Of a stretch of 64,000 nucleotides of DNA, positions 1 through 10,107 are shown one piece after another. The stretch is from the NCBI GenBank assembly GCA_964515545.1, contig CAZERI010000001.1:2803-66802 (forward strand), read 5' to 3'. Every line of letters starts with the position of its first letter. Position 1 is the first letter of the stretch. The notes under the pieces are model-generated. The model worked only from the letters and a program-made list of their open reading frames with translations, was not told the origin of the DNA and ran no database searches. The translations under genes were made by a program, and so were the position numbers. Source of the stretch: an uncultured Gammaproteobacteria bacterium (lineage in GTDB: Bacteria; Patescibacteriota; Microgenomatia; Levybacterales; UBA12049).

Positions 1-1065
1 ATCTTTCTTGATCGCTTGCTTATATAAAATAGGGTTAGTTTTGATAGACTCATCAGGATCTTTTCCATTTGGGAGAAGAATGATGGTTGCCTGTAATCCT
101 TTCTTTTCAATGAGAGGCAAGCTTCTTTTTATTGCCTCCTGTCCTGCATTATCGCCATCAAAACAGATACTAATCTTGGCTGCATACCGAGCAATGAGGC
201 TAATCTGCATCTCAGTTAAAGCAGTCCCTTTAACAGCAACTACATTACTGACTCCTTCCTGAAAAGAGGAAATGACATCAAATTCTCCTTCCATAAGGAT
301 GGCCTGACCTGCCTTACGAATAGCGTCTTTTGTTATATTAAGCCCATAAAATCCTTCGCCTTTATGATAAATAAGTGTCTCCCTCGTATTAATATATTTT
401 GAAGTCTTCGTCTCCTTATCTAAAACTCTTCCGGAAAATCCGACAACATTATCTCTATGATCAATAAGCGGGAACATCAATCTTCCTCTAAAAAAATCTA
501 CTGCGTCTTTCCCCCTTGGAAAACTCAGCCCTGCTTCGACAAGATCATCAACACTATAGCCTTTCTTTTTTATAAGGTACGTTGAGAGCGCATTACCAAC
601 TCCTGGAGCAAATCCTAATTGGAATGTCTCAATAAGCTTGTCAGTAAGACCACGTTCTAAAAGATATTTTCTAGCTTTTTCTCCTACTTTATGGCGAGTT
701 AAGATGTAGTGATAATATTCACGAGCTAAACTATTTAGCCCATAGAGACGCTCTTTTTTGGAAGCAATCCCCATTTGTTCTTTCGATTGGATGAGTTCAA
801 TCCCTGCCCTTTTAGCAAGAATTCTCAGGGCTTCAGGGAATTCAACCTTTTCATACTCCATAAGAAAGGTATAGATGTCTCCTCCCTTTCCACAACCAAA
901 ACAATGCCAGACCTGTCTTTCTGGGGAAACCATAAATGAGGGAGATTTCTCATTATGAAATGGGCAGACAGCTTTAAAATTCCGTCCTGCTTTTTTAAGA
1001 GTTATAAACTCTGAAAGAAAAGAAACTATATCAATTTTTTCGCGGATTTGTGCTACTTGATCCAT
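1..1065 (-). CDS. dnaG: DNA primase DnaG, N-terminal zinc-binding plus TOPRIM region (partial; C-terminus lies beyond window start)
   Basis: Reverse translation from ATG at 1065..1063 gives MDQVAQIREKIDIVSFLSEFITLKKAGRNFKAVCPFHNEKSPSFMVSPERQVWHCFGCGKGGDIYTF, i.e. a CHC2 zinc finger. Further on come EGEFDV and DGDNAG TOPRIM motifs. The frame stays open to position 1. It is absent from the ORF track because it is truncated at the window edge. Confidence 0.85.
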   Translation of the reverse strand, partial: MDQVAQIREKIDIVSFLSEFITLKKAGRNFKAVCPFHNEKSPSFMVSPERQVWHCFGCGKGGDIYTFLMEYEKVEFPEALRILAKRAGIELIQSKEQMGIASKKERLYGLNSLAREYYHYILTRHKVGEKARKYLLERGLTDKLIETFQLGFAPGVGNALSTYLIKKKGYSVDDLVEAGLSFPRGKDAVDFFRGRLMFPLIDHRDNVVGFSGRVLDKETKTSKYINTRETLIYHKGEGFYGLNITKDAIRKAGQAILMEGEFDVISSFQEGVSNVVAVKGTALTEMQISLIARYAAKISICFDGDNAGQEAIKRSLPLIEKKGLQATIILLPNGKDPDESIKTNPILYKQAIKKD

Positions 1066-1224
1066 AGTCCAACTGCTTACGGCTAACAACTTACTTCCTC
1101 CATCGGAGCGTTAGTTAGTTATCACTTGTAGGCCTGCCTATTGTAGCATGTTAAAAAATATCATTTTTATACAATATTGCTTACAGACTTCCATGATTTT
1201 TTTTGTATACTATATAAACTGCCG

Positions 1225-1992
1225 ATGAAATATAAAGCAATTATTCTTGATGTAGATGGAACACTAGTCACCTACGACTACAACGCATTACCTTCTCAAA
1301 AAGTACAAGAATTTATCAATAAAGCTCTCGAACATGTTGCTGTGTGTATTGCCACAGGAAGATCATTTGCATTTGTTGAGCCAATTTTGCACTCACTCGG
1401 TATTACATATGGTCTCGCTATCGTTAATAATGGTGCGCAGGTTATCGATATTGAGACAAAAAAATCGTATTATAACCAACCCCTCCAGAGTACAGATATA
1501 CAAACAATAATTTCGATTCTTGCTGAAGAAAAAATTTCATTTTTTATGAATGCTGGAAAAGAAGACTTCCGTTATCAAGGGAACTATCTTCCGCCAGCTG
1601 TTTTTAATATCTATAGTAGAGATCTTTTCTCTCAGAAAAAGATCCGACGGGTTATTAAAAAACTACGTAAATACCCAAAAATCAGTATCTTAGAAACAAC
1701 ACACTCTGAACCAGGACTTGGTGGATTTGTTATTACTCATGCACTTGCTACTAAACAACAAGGTATCTGGGAAGCAGCTAAGCTTCTGGATTTGAAACCG
1801 GATGAAATGGTGGGAGTAGGAGATGGATATAATGACTTCCCATTACTGAGAGCCTGTGGATTAAAAGTAGCTATGGGAAATGCAAATGATGATTTGAAAG
1901 AAATTGCTGATTATGTCGCTCCATCCGTTGAGAATGACGGGGTTGCACATGTTATAGAAAAGTATATACTAGCTACCATTGATGAAATATAA
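1225..1992 (+). CDS. HAD-IIB (Cof-type) sugar-phosphate phosphatase family hydrolase
   Basis: Starts MKYKAIILDVDGTLV (the DxDGT HAD motif I). The C-terminal GDGYNDFPLL and KVAMGNA are HAD motifs III/IV. Start taken at the internal Met of ORF 1177..1992. Confidence 0.8.
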   Translation: MKYKAIILDVDGTLVTYDYNALPSQKVQEFINKALEHVAVCIATGRSFAFVEPILHSLGITYGLAIVNNGAQVIDIETKKSYYNQPLQSTDIQTIISILAEEKISFFMNAGKEDFRYQGNYLPPAVFNIYSRDLFSQKKIRRVIKKLRKYPKISILETTHSEPGLGGFVITHALATKQQGIWEAAKLLDLKPDEMVGVGDGYNDFPLLRACGLKVAMGNANDDLKEIADYVAPSVENDGVAHVIEKYILATIDEI

Positions 1993-2749
1993 AGGCCTCA
2001 TGCTTGATGTAGACGGAACGATCATCCCGTATGACTACCAAGCACTTCCCTCACCAAAGGTTATCTCAAGTCTTACACGAGCACGAGAACACGTTACTAT
2101 ATGCCTTGTAACAGGCAGATCTTTTGCTTCTATCGAAAAAATCCTTCATTCACTCGATATGAAATCAGGCTATGCTGTCGTAAATAATGGGGCACATGTG
2201 ATAGATATCGCAACAAAAGACATACTTTATGAAAAGTTGATAAATCCTGATATCACAAAAAAAATAATAATGATATTAAGAAGAGAGAACATTCCATTTG
2301 CTATAAAAGGAAGTCCTTTTAAGCAGGAATATGTTAACTTAGCAGACCAAACTATTCCAGATAGTATGAGTACTCCTATGTTCTTTACCAATGAACTTTT
2401 CTCATCAGAAAAAGCTGACCTCTTAATGAGAGAACTTTCTTCGCTCCCTGATATCTCCTGCCACAAAACACATCATCGAGAACCAAATAAATTTGGTGTA
2501 ATTATTAATCACGTCAATGCCACCAAACAAAATGGAATCTATGAATTAGAAAAATACCTTGGGATAGATCGTGAGCTCATGATTGGGGTAGGGGACGGGT
2601 ATAATGATTTTCCATTACTTATGGCTTGTGGATTAAAAGTAGCTATGGGAAATGCTACCCCTGATCTCAAAGAAATTGCTGATTATGTCGCTCCATCCGT
2701 TGAGAAAGATGGACTCTCCAATGTGGTAGAGAGATTTATCCTCAGCTAA
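1979..2749 (+). CDS. HAD-IIB (Cof-type) hydrolase, tandem paralog
   Basis: MMKYKGLMLDVDGTII ... GDGYNDFPLLMACGLKVAMGNA. The C-terminal 40 aa are almost identical to the upstream paralog. It overlaps the upstream gene by 14 nt. Confidence 0.8.
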   Translation: MMKYKGLMLDVDGTIIPYDYQALPSPKVISSLTRAREHVTICLVTGRSFASIEKILHSLDMKSGYAVVNNGAHVIDIATKDILYEKLINPDITKKIIMILRRENIPFAIKGSPFKQEYVNLADQTIPDSMSTPMFFTNELFSSEKADLLMRELSSLPDISCHKTHHREPNKFGVIINHVNATKQNGIYELEKYLGIDRELMIGVGDGYNDFPLLMACGLKVAMGNATPDLKEIADYVAPSVEKDGLSNVVERFILS

Positions 2750-4273
2750 TTATTCCCACTCCATAGTAGCTGGCGGTTTGGTCGTGATATCATAAACTAC
2801 ACGAGATATTCCCGGCACTTCATTAACAATGCGACTGGAGATTGACTGCAATACTTCATAGGGCAGATGTACCCATTTGGATGTCATAACATCACGAGAC
2901 TCAACAACGCGGACAGCTATTACCTCACCAAAGAATCTTCCATCTCCTTTAACTGCAGTTGACTCGGCCCCTGACATGATGGCAAAAGACATAAAGACTT
3001 TTCTAAATAACCCAGCCTTTACAATTTCTTCTAAAACAATTTTATCTGCAATTCGCTCCTTTCCTAAACGCTCCTTAGTCACTTTTCCTCGTATTCTTAC
3101 TCCATACCCCGGGCCCGGAAAGACTTGCTGCCAGATGAATTCCTCTGGAAGATCCAACTCCGTACCTATCAACCGTACTTCATCTTTATAATACGTTCGT
3201 AGTGGTTCGAGAAGATCTAGTTGCATCTTCTCAGGCAGACCTCCGACATTATGATGACTCTTAATTTTTGAGGCATGTTTGGTTCCCTTGCTTTCAATAA
3301 CATCTGAATAGATCGTTCCTTGAAGTAGGTACTTTACATCGTGTCCTTCAGCCTTTAATTTTTCCATCTCCCGCTCGAACATATCTATATAAAACTTCCC
3401 TATAATCTTTCGCTTCTCCTCAGGATCACTACTATCCTTAAGGCACTCAAGCATCTCACTCTCGCACTCAATAATATCCACAGGAACTTTAAGGTGACCA
3501 AAAATTTCTTTAACTGTCTCAACAGTACCAAGGCGCATAAGACCATTATCTACATGGAAAGGGAAGAACTGTTTACCAATAGCTTTCGCTGTCAGCGCTG
3601 CTGCAACTGTCGAGTCTACGCCTCCTGATACTGCACCAATGACTACTGCATCTCCTACTCTTTGCCGTATACTTTCAATGATTTCCTCAATATCAATTTT
3701 TTTCTCTTTGATCTCAGCTCCGACCATCTCAACAAAGTTTTTTAAAATTTGATCTCCCTGCTCAGTATGTTCTACTTCTGGATGAAATAACATTCCATAA
3801 AGGCGATTAGTATCATCAACAACAACACAGTAGGGGACAGTAGCGGTGGAAGCAATTGTCTCAAAGCGATGAGGAATCCCGACTACTTCATCGCCATGAC
3901 TCATCCAGACAGTCAATTCATCAGGTAACCCTTTGAGTAAAGGATGTTCTTTTTTAATTTTCAAATGAGAGGGACCGTACTCTTTTTTGCCTGAGACAAC
4001 TTCTCCGCCATCTAAAAGCATCATAAGCTGCATTCCATAGCATATACCGAGAATCGGAATCTTACAGGTAAAAATCTCAGCATCAATTGTCGGAGAATCC
4101 TCTCCATAGACAGAGGCTGGACCGCCTGAGAGGATAATCCCTTCTACTTTATTAGCTTTTATAAAAGGGATAGCTTCTTCAGGAGGGATGAACGCAGTGG
4201 TAACTCCAAAATCTTTAATACGACGCTCAATGAGGTTAGCTGTCTGTGAGCCAAAATCGACAACAACGATCAT
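2750..4273 (-). CDS. guaA: GMP synthase (glutamine-hydrolysing)
   Basis: N-terminal class I glutamine amidotransferase (GICYGMQ, HPE). ATP pyrophosphatase P-loop SGGVDSTV. Full-length 507 aa. Confidence 0.95.
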   Translation of the reverse strand: MIVVVDFGSQTANLIERRIKDFGVTTAFIPPEEAIPFIKANKVEGIILSGGPASVYGEDSPTIDAEIFTCKIPILGICYGMQLMMLLDGGEVVSGKKEYGPSHLKIKKEHPLLKGLPDELTVWMSHGDEVVGIPHRFETIASTATVPYCVVVDDTNRLYGMLFHPEVEHTEQGDQILKNFVEMVGAEIKEKKIDIEEIIESIRQRVGDAVVIGAVSGGVDSTVAAALTAKAIGKQFFPFHVDNGLMRLGTVETVKEIFGHLKVPVDIIECESEMLECLKDSSDPEEKRKIIGKFYIDMFEREMEKLKAEGHDVKYLLQGTIYSDVIESKGTKHASKIKSHHNVGGLPEKMQLDLLEPLRTYYKDEVRLIGTELDLPEEFIWQQVFPGPGYGVRIRGKVTKERLGKERIADKIVLEEIVKAGLFRKVFMSFAIMSGAESTAVKGDGRFFGEVIAVRVVESRDVMTSKWVHLPYEVLQSISSRIVNEVPGISRVVYDITTKPPATMEWE

Positions 4274-4297
4274 ACTTTATTATATGCAATATTACTT

Positions 4298-5686
4298 TCA
4301 ATTACGATAGACTATCGCATCACGCTGAGGACCAACAGACAATACGCTAATAGGAGTACCGACGAGTTCCTCAATTTCTGCGAAATACTCCTTTGCCTCA
4401 GGCGGAAAATCAGCAAAGTCCCGAACCTGAGTCGTATCTTTTTGCCATCCCTTCATTGTCTTATAGATAGGCTTTACATCTTCCATACCTGAAGAGCTGA
4501 AATCAGGCATTCTGGAGAACTGCTGTCCCTTAATCTCATATCCAACACAAATATTAACATAGGGAAGATCGTCCAGAATATCACTTTTCGTTAACATCAG
4601 CTCAGTTATTCCCGCAGTCTGAACACCATATTTGGTCGCAACAGCGTCAAACCACCCGGTGCGACGTGGCCTTTTTGTCGTAGCTCCATACTCTCTTCCT
4701 TTTTCTCGCAGATATTCACCCATTTCATCTTCTAGCTCTGTAGGCATCGGGCCTCCACCAACTCTAGTCATATACGCTTTAGCTGTACCAATAACCCGAT
4801 CAACCTCATGAGCTCCTAAACCTGTTGAGATAAGAAAACCTGATACTCCAGGATGGCTTGAAGTAACATAAGGATAACTTCCATTTGTTAAATCAAGAAG
4901 TGCTGCTTGGCCTGCCTCTCCTAAAATAATTTTTCCATCATCATAGGCTTCACGGACTCTATTGTGAGTATTGCCTATCATAGGTCCAAGCCTCTCGGCA
5001 GCCTCTAGATATTTGGCTAGTTCGGCTTCAGGATCTTGATATCGACGGGATTTGGCATCAAAAATGACTTGTCCCAGCATATCGCTAGATAAAGTACCTA
5101 AGTCACTTGCTAATCTTTCCCCGTCAATAACACGCATAAGACGATCTTGACGGTCTGCCTCTCGTAGAAATTTTTCTGGGAATTTAGGATCTAATAAATG
5201 TCCGACTAAAAATCCGTCTCTTAACGCAAGATCTGCATAAGCTTCTCCTATGCCTCGTTTAGTCGTCCCAATACTCGAATCGCCTTTATTTTTTTCCCGA
5301 AGCCCATCCCTCTTGATATGCCATGGCATAACAAGAGGAGCCTGATTCGATATTACCAGCTGAGGGGAAGCGGGGAGACGATCTTTTGCATCATCCAGCT
5401 CGAGGAGAAGCTGAAGAGGATCAACAACTACATGTGCGCCAATAACATTTAAAACGTCCGGATTTGCAAAACCACAGGGCATAAGGTGATTTTTAAATTC
5501 ACCATACTCATTTTCTATGGTGTGTCCCGCATTAGCTCCGCCATTCGTCCTCACTACTACATCGACAAACTGCCCTGCCTCATCCACACCTTTACCTTTG
5601 CCTTCATCACCCCATTGTCCACCTGTAAGATGAGTTACTTGTTCTTTACGCCAATAATGAGCTGATGCTTCTTTAGACCCTGCCAT
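4298..5686 (-). CDS. purA: adenylosuccinate synthetase
   Basis: QWGDEGKGKGVD P-loop, GTTKRGIG and KSDILD motifs typical of PurA. Confidence 0.95.
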   Translation of the reverse strand: MAGSKEASAHYWRKEQVTHLTGGQWGDEGKGKGVDEAGQFVDVVVRTNGGANAGHTIENEYGEFKNHLMPCGFANPDVLNVIGAHVVVDPLQLLLELDDAKDRLPASPQLVISNQAPLVMPWHIKRDGLREKNKGDSSIGTTKRGIGEAYADLALRDGFLVGHLLDPKFPEKFLREADRQDRLMRVIDGERLASDLGTLSSDMLGQVIFDAKSRRYQDPEAELAKYLEAAERLGPMIGNTHNRVREAYDDGKIILGEAGQAALLDLTNGSYPYVTSSHPGVSGFLISTGLGAHEVDRVIGTAKAYMTRVGGGPMPTELEDEMGEYLREKGREYGATTKRPRRTGWFDAVATKYGVQTAGITELMLTKSDILDDLPYVNICVGYEIKGQQFSRMPDFSSSGMEDVKPIYKTMKGWQKDTTQVRDFADFPPEAKEYFAEIEELVGTPISVLSVGPQRDAIVYRN

Positions 5687-5716
5687 AAGTCGTACTGAGT
5701 TTATATTACAAATACT

Positions 5717-6796
5717 ATGCTGTCAATCCAAAGTTTACTTGACACATCAATACATTACTCTCTATACTCAGTTATGGTGGCTGATCATTTCCCTTCTTTC
5801 CCTTTGGCAGAGCTTCATGCTCATTTAGGTACTTCTATCCATCCATCGATTTTTTGGCAGATAGCCCATGACCAAGGTTTCAAACTTCCTCAGCGTGACT
5901 ATCATGAATTTAAAGACTTTGTCCGCCTTTCTCCGACAAATAAAAAACCTCTTAATCAGTATTTTGAGGAAATTTATCACCCCATTCTAGACAAACTCTC
6001 CAGTGGAACGCTCGCTGTTGAGCATGCAACCTACGAAATAATGAGTGGAGCCTATCGATCTAATAATACAACCGTTATTGAACTACGCAATAACCCTATG
6101 AAGCATAATCAGGGCGGGACAATTGATCTTGATCATATGATAATGGCAATGCTCCGTGGGATGGAGCGGGCTTTACTTGAATATCCTACGTTATCTGCAG
6201 GAATTATTTTCTGTCTAGCACGAGAATTCTCACTTGAACAGAATACTGTCATTGTTGAGAAGGCAATTAAGTACCATAGAAGGGGAGTAATAGGGATCGA
6301 TTTTGCTGGCCCTGCAACCCAAACCTTCCACTATAAGGATTATAAAAATCTCGTTAAAAAAGCTGCCTCCGCAGGACTTCGAGTCACCGCTCATAGTGGG
6401 GAAGTCAAAGAAGCAAATGATATGTGGGAAGCAATTGAGGCTATTTCACCAGAACGGATAGGACATGGTATTCATGCAGCCTACGATAAAAAATTAATGA
6501 GGGAGCTTGTCAAGCGAGATATTATCCTTGAACTATGTCCCTTATCAAATATCATGACTAAAGCTGTAGAAAATGAAGAAGAACTTCATTTTATTCTAAG
6601 GACTCTCTTAGAAAACCAAGTGAAATTCTCAATTAATACTGACTGGCCAGAGATGATTGAAAATGCCCGCCTCAAACAGCAATTTCAATTCCTCCTTGAG
6701 AAAAAAATGATGACACAGGAAGAACTAAAAAAATGTAACCACATTGCTTTTGAAAGTACCTTTATTAGAGGAAAGGGATTAGAGCCGTATTTATAA
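5717..6796 (+). CDS. adenosine/adenine deaminase family amidohydrolase
   Basis: ELHAHLG metal-binding His pair near the N-terminus. Also HSGE and SINTDWP (the SxNTDDP-like C-terminal motif). The true start may be the internal Met at 5774, which would leave a divergent promoter gap with purA. Confidence 0.75.
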   Translation: MLSIQSLLDTSIHYSLYSVMVADHFPSFPLAELHAHLGTSIHPSIFWQIAHDQGFKLPQRDYHEFKDFVRLSPTNKKPLNQYFEEIYHPILDKLSSGTLAVEHATYEIMSGAYRSNNTTVIELRNNPMKHNQGGTIDLDHMIMAMLRGMERALLEYPTLSAGIIFCLAREFSLEQNTVIVEKAIKYHRRGVIGIDFAGPATQTFHYKDYKNLVKKAASAGLRVTAHSGEVKEANDMWEAIEAISPERIGHGIHAAYDKKLMRELVKRDIILELCPLSNIMTKAVENEEELHFILRTLLENQVKFSINTDWPEMIENARLKQQFQFLLEKKMMTQEELKKCNHIAFESTFIRGKGLEPYL

Positions 6797-6810
6797 TACG
6801 CTCCTTTACA

Positions 6811-7968
6811 TTAATAATTTTCTCCGCCATTTGTGATAAGGATGTCGTGAGGATGTGACTCAGTGAGTGAGGCTTGAGTGATTTGGATAAACCTCGCTTT
6901 TTCCCAAAGCTCTGGAATCGTTTTGGCTCCCACATAGTACATACCTGATTTAATGCCTCCTACTGACTGGTCGACTAAATCCTTCACTGTACCTTTAACA
7001 GGAACCAGACCTTCGACTCCTTCTGCAACAAGTACACGATCTTTGTAATAACTTTTACCATGGAACTCATCTTCTGATTTAATTTTCGCTCCTTGTTTCA
7101 TAGCAGCAATTGAACCCATTCCTCGATATTCCTTGAATTTATACTCTTCTTTATCCGTGAGAATACTCTGGAATCGATGGGGAACTTGGGAGCGGGTAAG
7201 TGTATGTACCTTACCTGGTGACTCCAATGCAGATGCAAAAAATGATCCCATCATGACACAGCTTGCTCCAGTTGCTAAAGCTTTTACCATATCACCTGAA
7301 TACTTAATTCCGCCATCTGCCATAACGGGAATTCCATATTCCTTAGCTGCTCTCACTGTTTCTTGAAGTGCGGTAATTTGGGGTACTCCCATACCTGAGA
7401 TTACTCGCGTAGTACAGATAGCCCCAGGACCCATACCAACTCTTAGTCCATCAGCTCCTGCTTCAATGAGAGCTTTTGCTCCATCAAAGGTTGCCACACT
7501 TCCTGCTATCACCTGAAGGGAAGGGAAGTGAGATTTAATGTAGGTAAGAGTTGCGACGACATTGTCTGCATATCCATGGGCAGAATCAACTACAACAACA
7601 TCGACTCCTTCTGCAACAAGTGCTTCAACTCGCTCCTCAAAACCTTTATTTGCTCCTACTGCTGCACCTACGAGAAGTGCTTGCCCTGAGCTTGCTGGGT
7701 GGGCCTTTACTTTAGCTACCTCGTGAGCCTGATCAGAGACAGTAAGATTACGATGGATAATACCAATTCCGCCTAATTCAGCTAAGGCTATTGCTAACTC
7801 TGATTCAGTCACAGTATCCATAGGACTTGAAACAAAAGGGGAGTGGAGAAGTATTGACTGGGTGAGTGAGGTCTCTAAATTAATATCCCCTCGCGAAAAA
7901 TCACTAAATCCTGGAAGGAGGAGAACATCATCAAAGGTGAGGGCTTGAGGAAATTTTTGTGGGTCCAT
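6811..7968 (-). CDS. IMP dehydrogenase/GMP reductase family protein (CBS-less GuaB-like)
   Basis: [16 protein letters not shown] and catalytic-loop [21 protein letters not shown]. At 385 aa it lacks the CBS pair of canonical IMPDH. It sits in the guaA-purA cluster. Confidence 0.85.
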   Translation of the reverse strand: MDPQKFPQALTFDDVLLLPGFSDFSRGDINLETSLTQSILLHSPFVSSPMDTVTESELAIALAELGGIGIIHRNLTVSDQAHEVAKVKAHPASSGQALLVGAAVGANKGFEERVEALVAEGVDVVVVDSAHGYADNVVATLTYIKSHFPSLQVIAGSVATFDGAKALIEAGADGLRVGMGPGAICTTRVISGMGVPQITALQETVRAAKEYGIPVMADGGIKYSGDMVKALATGASCVMMGSFFASALESPGKVHTLTRSQVPHRFQSILTDKEEYKFKEYRGMGSIAAMKQGAKIKSEDEFHGKSYYKDRVLVAEGVEGLVPVKGTVKDLVDQSVGGIKSGMYYVGAKTIPELWEKARFIQITQASLTESHPHDILITNGGENY

Positions 7969-8296
7969 AATCTATGATACTCACAAAAATTTATAATGTC
8001 AACTATAGTTATCCACAATTAGCAGTCTTATAGTACTGGTGCTTGTCCTGTGAAAACTCTCTTAATTTCCGTGAAATAACTATATCATACTATGTCTTTC
8101 GTATTTTTTTCATTATAGGATGTGAGAGGTCTCTCCTCTTCCCTGTCTCTTTCTTACTTCCTTTAATAACTGGTTAAAAGAAATAAAAAAATCGTTAATG
8201 GTAGACAAAAGTACGTTATCAAAATACAGAATTACTAAGATTACCTGAAGCTCTGGTTCGTGGATTATAAGAGGGACCGCTCTTCCCTTTTCCTAG

Positions 8297-8370
8297 TAGC
8301 AGGAGTGGGGATCGAACCCACGACCTCGGCGTTATGAATGCCGTGCTCTAACCGACTGAGCCATCCTGCC
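8297..8370 (-). tRNA. tRNA-Met (CAT); elongator Met or Ile2-lysidine type
   Basis: Reverse complement GGCAGGATGGCTCAGTCGGTTAGAGCACGGCATTCATAACGCCGAGGTCGTGGGTTCGATCCCCACTCCTGCTA. Cloverleaf with anticodon loop TTCATAA and T-loop TTCGATC. Confidence 0.85.
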
Positions 8371-8577
8371 TTACTTCCCTTTTACGGGATTTAGCCTCAC
8401 AATTATAACAGTTTGACCAGCTTCAAGGCAAATGATATAATCTATTCTCCTCTAAATAGCTGTGCGCCGTCGCGCTGACGCAGTGTTACTGCGATAGCAC
8501 ATCCTTTAAGGGAAGATCGTTGGGAAAAACCCTGTCTGCCGACAGGCAGGCGTAGGTTTTGTCCCAAACGTTAGTAC

Positions 8578-8643
8578 GCGGGGTAGTGTAAGGTGCACGC
8601 GAGGCTCATAATCTTGCAGTCCTGGTTCGATCCTGGCCCCGCA
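8578..8643 (+). ncRNA. tRNA-like element with CAT anticodon loop but aberrant T-arm; part of a larger structured RNA candidate (about 8455..8646)
   Basis: GCGGGGT...GCCCCGCA forms a 7-bp acceptor helix. Loop CTCATAA is flanked by a CGAGG/TCTTG stem. GGTTCGATCC is T-loop-like, but the flanking CCTGG/CCTGG are direct, not inverted, so no T-stem forms. Only 66 nt. Upstream, TTGGGAAAAACC...GGTTTTGTCCCAA make a long-range helix enclosing the CCTGTC/GACAGG hairpin. Confidence 0.3.
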
Positions 8644-8650
8644 ACACAGT

Positions 8651-8684
8651 AGAAGATGACACCAAATTGGTGTCATCTTCTTTA
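8651..8684 (+). terminator. intrinsic terminator-like hairpin (13-bp perfect stem), possibly bidirectional
   Basis: AGAAGATGACACC-AAATT-GGTGTCATCTTCT followed by TT. It lies between the structured RNA (+) and the stop of the ftsB-like gene (-). Confidence 0.45.
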
Positions 8685-8687
8685 GAA

Positions 8688-9032
8688 TCAAAAGAAGAGA
8701 TTCCACCATTGTTGCCAGATAGGAATTACAATCTCCTTGGGAGATGATTTCTTTTGCTCTGAGTCAGAGGGTGTATTACCCATAATGACGACTTTCTCCC
8801 CTGGCTTAACCATAAATAATTTGTTTCTTGCTTCTTCTTCCACAAATTCAGTCCGCTTTACCCGATCAAGCTGATCTTGCAGCTTCTGATTCTCATTTTT
8901 TTCCTGCTGAAGTTCCTTTTGAGCCTCCCCTATGAGATCATGCTTTTGCCAAAGACTAAAAATTGAACGGATTAGGTTATTAATAATAAAGAGTGAAATG
9001 ATGAGTATGAGTAAATAAACTACCTTTTTCAT
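8688..9032 (-). CDS. ftsB: cell division protein FtsB/DivIC family (septum formation initiator)
   Basis: N-terminal TM (LLILIISLFIINNLI), a coiled coil rich in Q/E/K, then EEEARNKLFMVKPGEKVV matching the FtsB C-terminal signature. Confidence 0.7.
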   Translation of the reverse strand: MKKVVYLLILIISLFIINNLIRSIFSLWQKHDLIGEAQKELQQEKNENQKLQDQLDRVKRTEFVEEEARNKLFMVKPGEKVVIMGNTPSDSEQKKSSPKEIVIPIWQQWWNLFF

Positions 9033-9126
9033 TTTTCCTGTTATGACAAACTAATCGATGGATTTTCTACTGTCATTCTTCACTTGACTACTTGCAAATG
9101 AGCTGATATTATGGGATAATTATTCC

Positions 9127-9987
9127 ATGCAACCGACAAAAGTTCGTGACGCCCACCAAAAATTTATTGAATTCCTCAAAGGAAAGAAGCATTCCAGTAG
9201 TACTATTCTAGCATACGGTAAGGACATCGAGCAGTTAGCTTCATTTCTCGAGGAAATCGACAAACATCATGTTAGTGATGTTTCATCGGGTGACTTACAG
9301 GCATTCCTTGCTAAAATGTCTGAGCAGGGTTATACACCTAAATCATTATCAAGAAAGCTCAACTCTACCCGAACATTTTATAGGTTTTTAAAAGTCAATG
9401 AAATGATAACTGACGATCCTTCCCTCCTTGTCTCTCACCCACGCTACGAGTTGGCTCCGCCTCGTATCCTTAAACCTACCGAATATCGTGCGCTTCGCGA
9501 TGCTGCACGTCATGATGCGAGAATGTTTGCTATTATTGAGCTTCTTCTTCAGACTGGTATTAGAATTGGCGAGTTAGCAGAACTACGACTTTCTGATATT
9601 CAAGGTGATGAACTCAAAATCCGTCCTTATGAGAAGCACGAAGAACGCCTTGTTCCCCTTAACCGACCTGGTAAAGAAGCACTTAACAGTTACCTTAAAT
9701 TACGTCCTCAAGTAACTGATGACCATGTCTTTATTACTAAATCTGGTAAGCCATTCCTCGTCCGTAATATTCGTACTGCAATCGAGCGATACTTCCGTAT
9801 CGCTGAGATCGAAAATGCTAAGGTAAATGATCTTCGTCATACCTTCGTAGCACATCATTTAAAACATGGAGTATCTTTAGTACTCCTTTCTAAAATTCTT
9901 GGACACAAAAGAATCTCAACTACTGAAAGATACTTGGAATACGTCAAAGATCGTGCTAAAGACACTTCTTCCCTCTCCGAACTCTAA
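9127..9987 (+). CDS. xerC: tyrosine site-specific recombinase, XerC/XerD family
   Basis: Catalytic signature LRHTFVAHHL (R-H-x-x-R box region) and LGHKRISTTERYLEY (the H-x-x-x-TT-x-x-Y Tyr nucleophile). N-terminal core-binding domain. Confidence 0.85.
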   Translation: MQPTKVRDAHQKFIEFLKGKKHSSSTILAYGKDIEQLASFLEEIDKHHVSDVSSGDLQAFLAKMSEQGYTPKSLSRKLNSTRTFYRFLKVNEMITDDPSLLVSHPRYELAPPRILKPTEYRALRDAARHDARMFAIIELLLQTGIRIGELAELRLSDIQGDELKIRPYEKHEERLVPLNRPGKEALNSYLKLRPQVTDDHVFITKSGKPFLVRNIRTAIERYFRIAEIENAKVNDLRHTFVAHHLKHGVSLVLLSKILGHKRISTTERYLEYVKDRAKDTSSLSEL

Positions 9988-10034
9988 TACTTCCTTCATT
10001 TAGCTTGTTTTTTCTGGTACAATCGCAATACTTA

Positions 10035-10106
10035 GGGTGTGTAGCTCAGTGGTAGAGCGCGTCTCTTATAAAGCCGATGTCCTTGGTTCGATCCCAAGCA
10101 CACCCA
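10035..10106 (+). tRNA. tRNA with anticodon UAU (tRNA-Ile reading AUA) by my reading
   Basis: GGGTGTGTAGCTCAGTGGTAGAGCGCGTCTCTTATAAAGCCGATGTCCTTGGTTCGATCCCAAGCACACCCA. Acceptor GGGTGTG/CACACCC, T-arm CTTGG-TTCGATC-CCAAG, anticodon loop CTTATAA. The anticodon stem has one T-C mismatch. Confidence 0.7.
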
Positions 10107-10107
10107 C

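Noticed and set aside
8-262. 84-aa +strand ORF at window start
   Set aside because: It lies entirely antisense within the well-supported dnaG reading frame (zinc finger and TOPRIM motifs on the minus strand).
8506-8709. 67-aa minus-strand ORF overlapping the structured RNA and terminator
   Set aside because: It covers the tRNA-like element and a 13-bp hairpin. The sequence is better explained as ncRNA.
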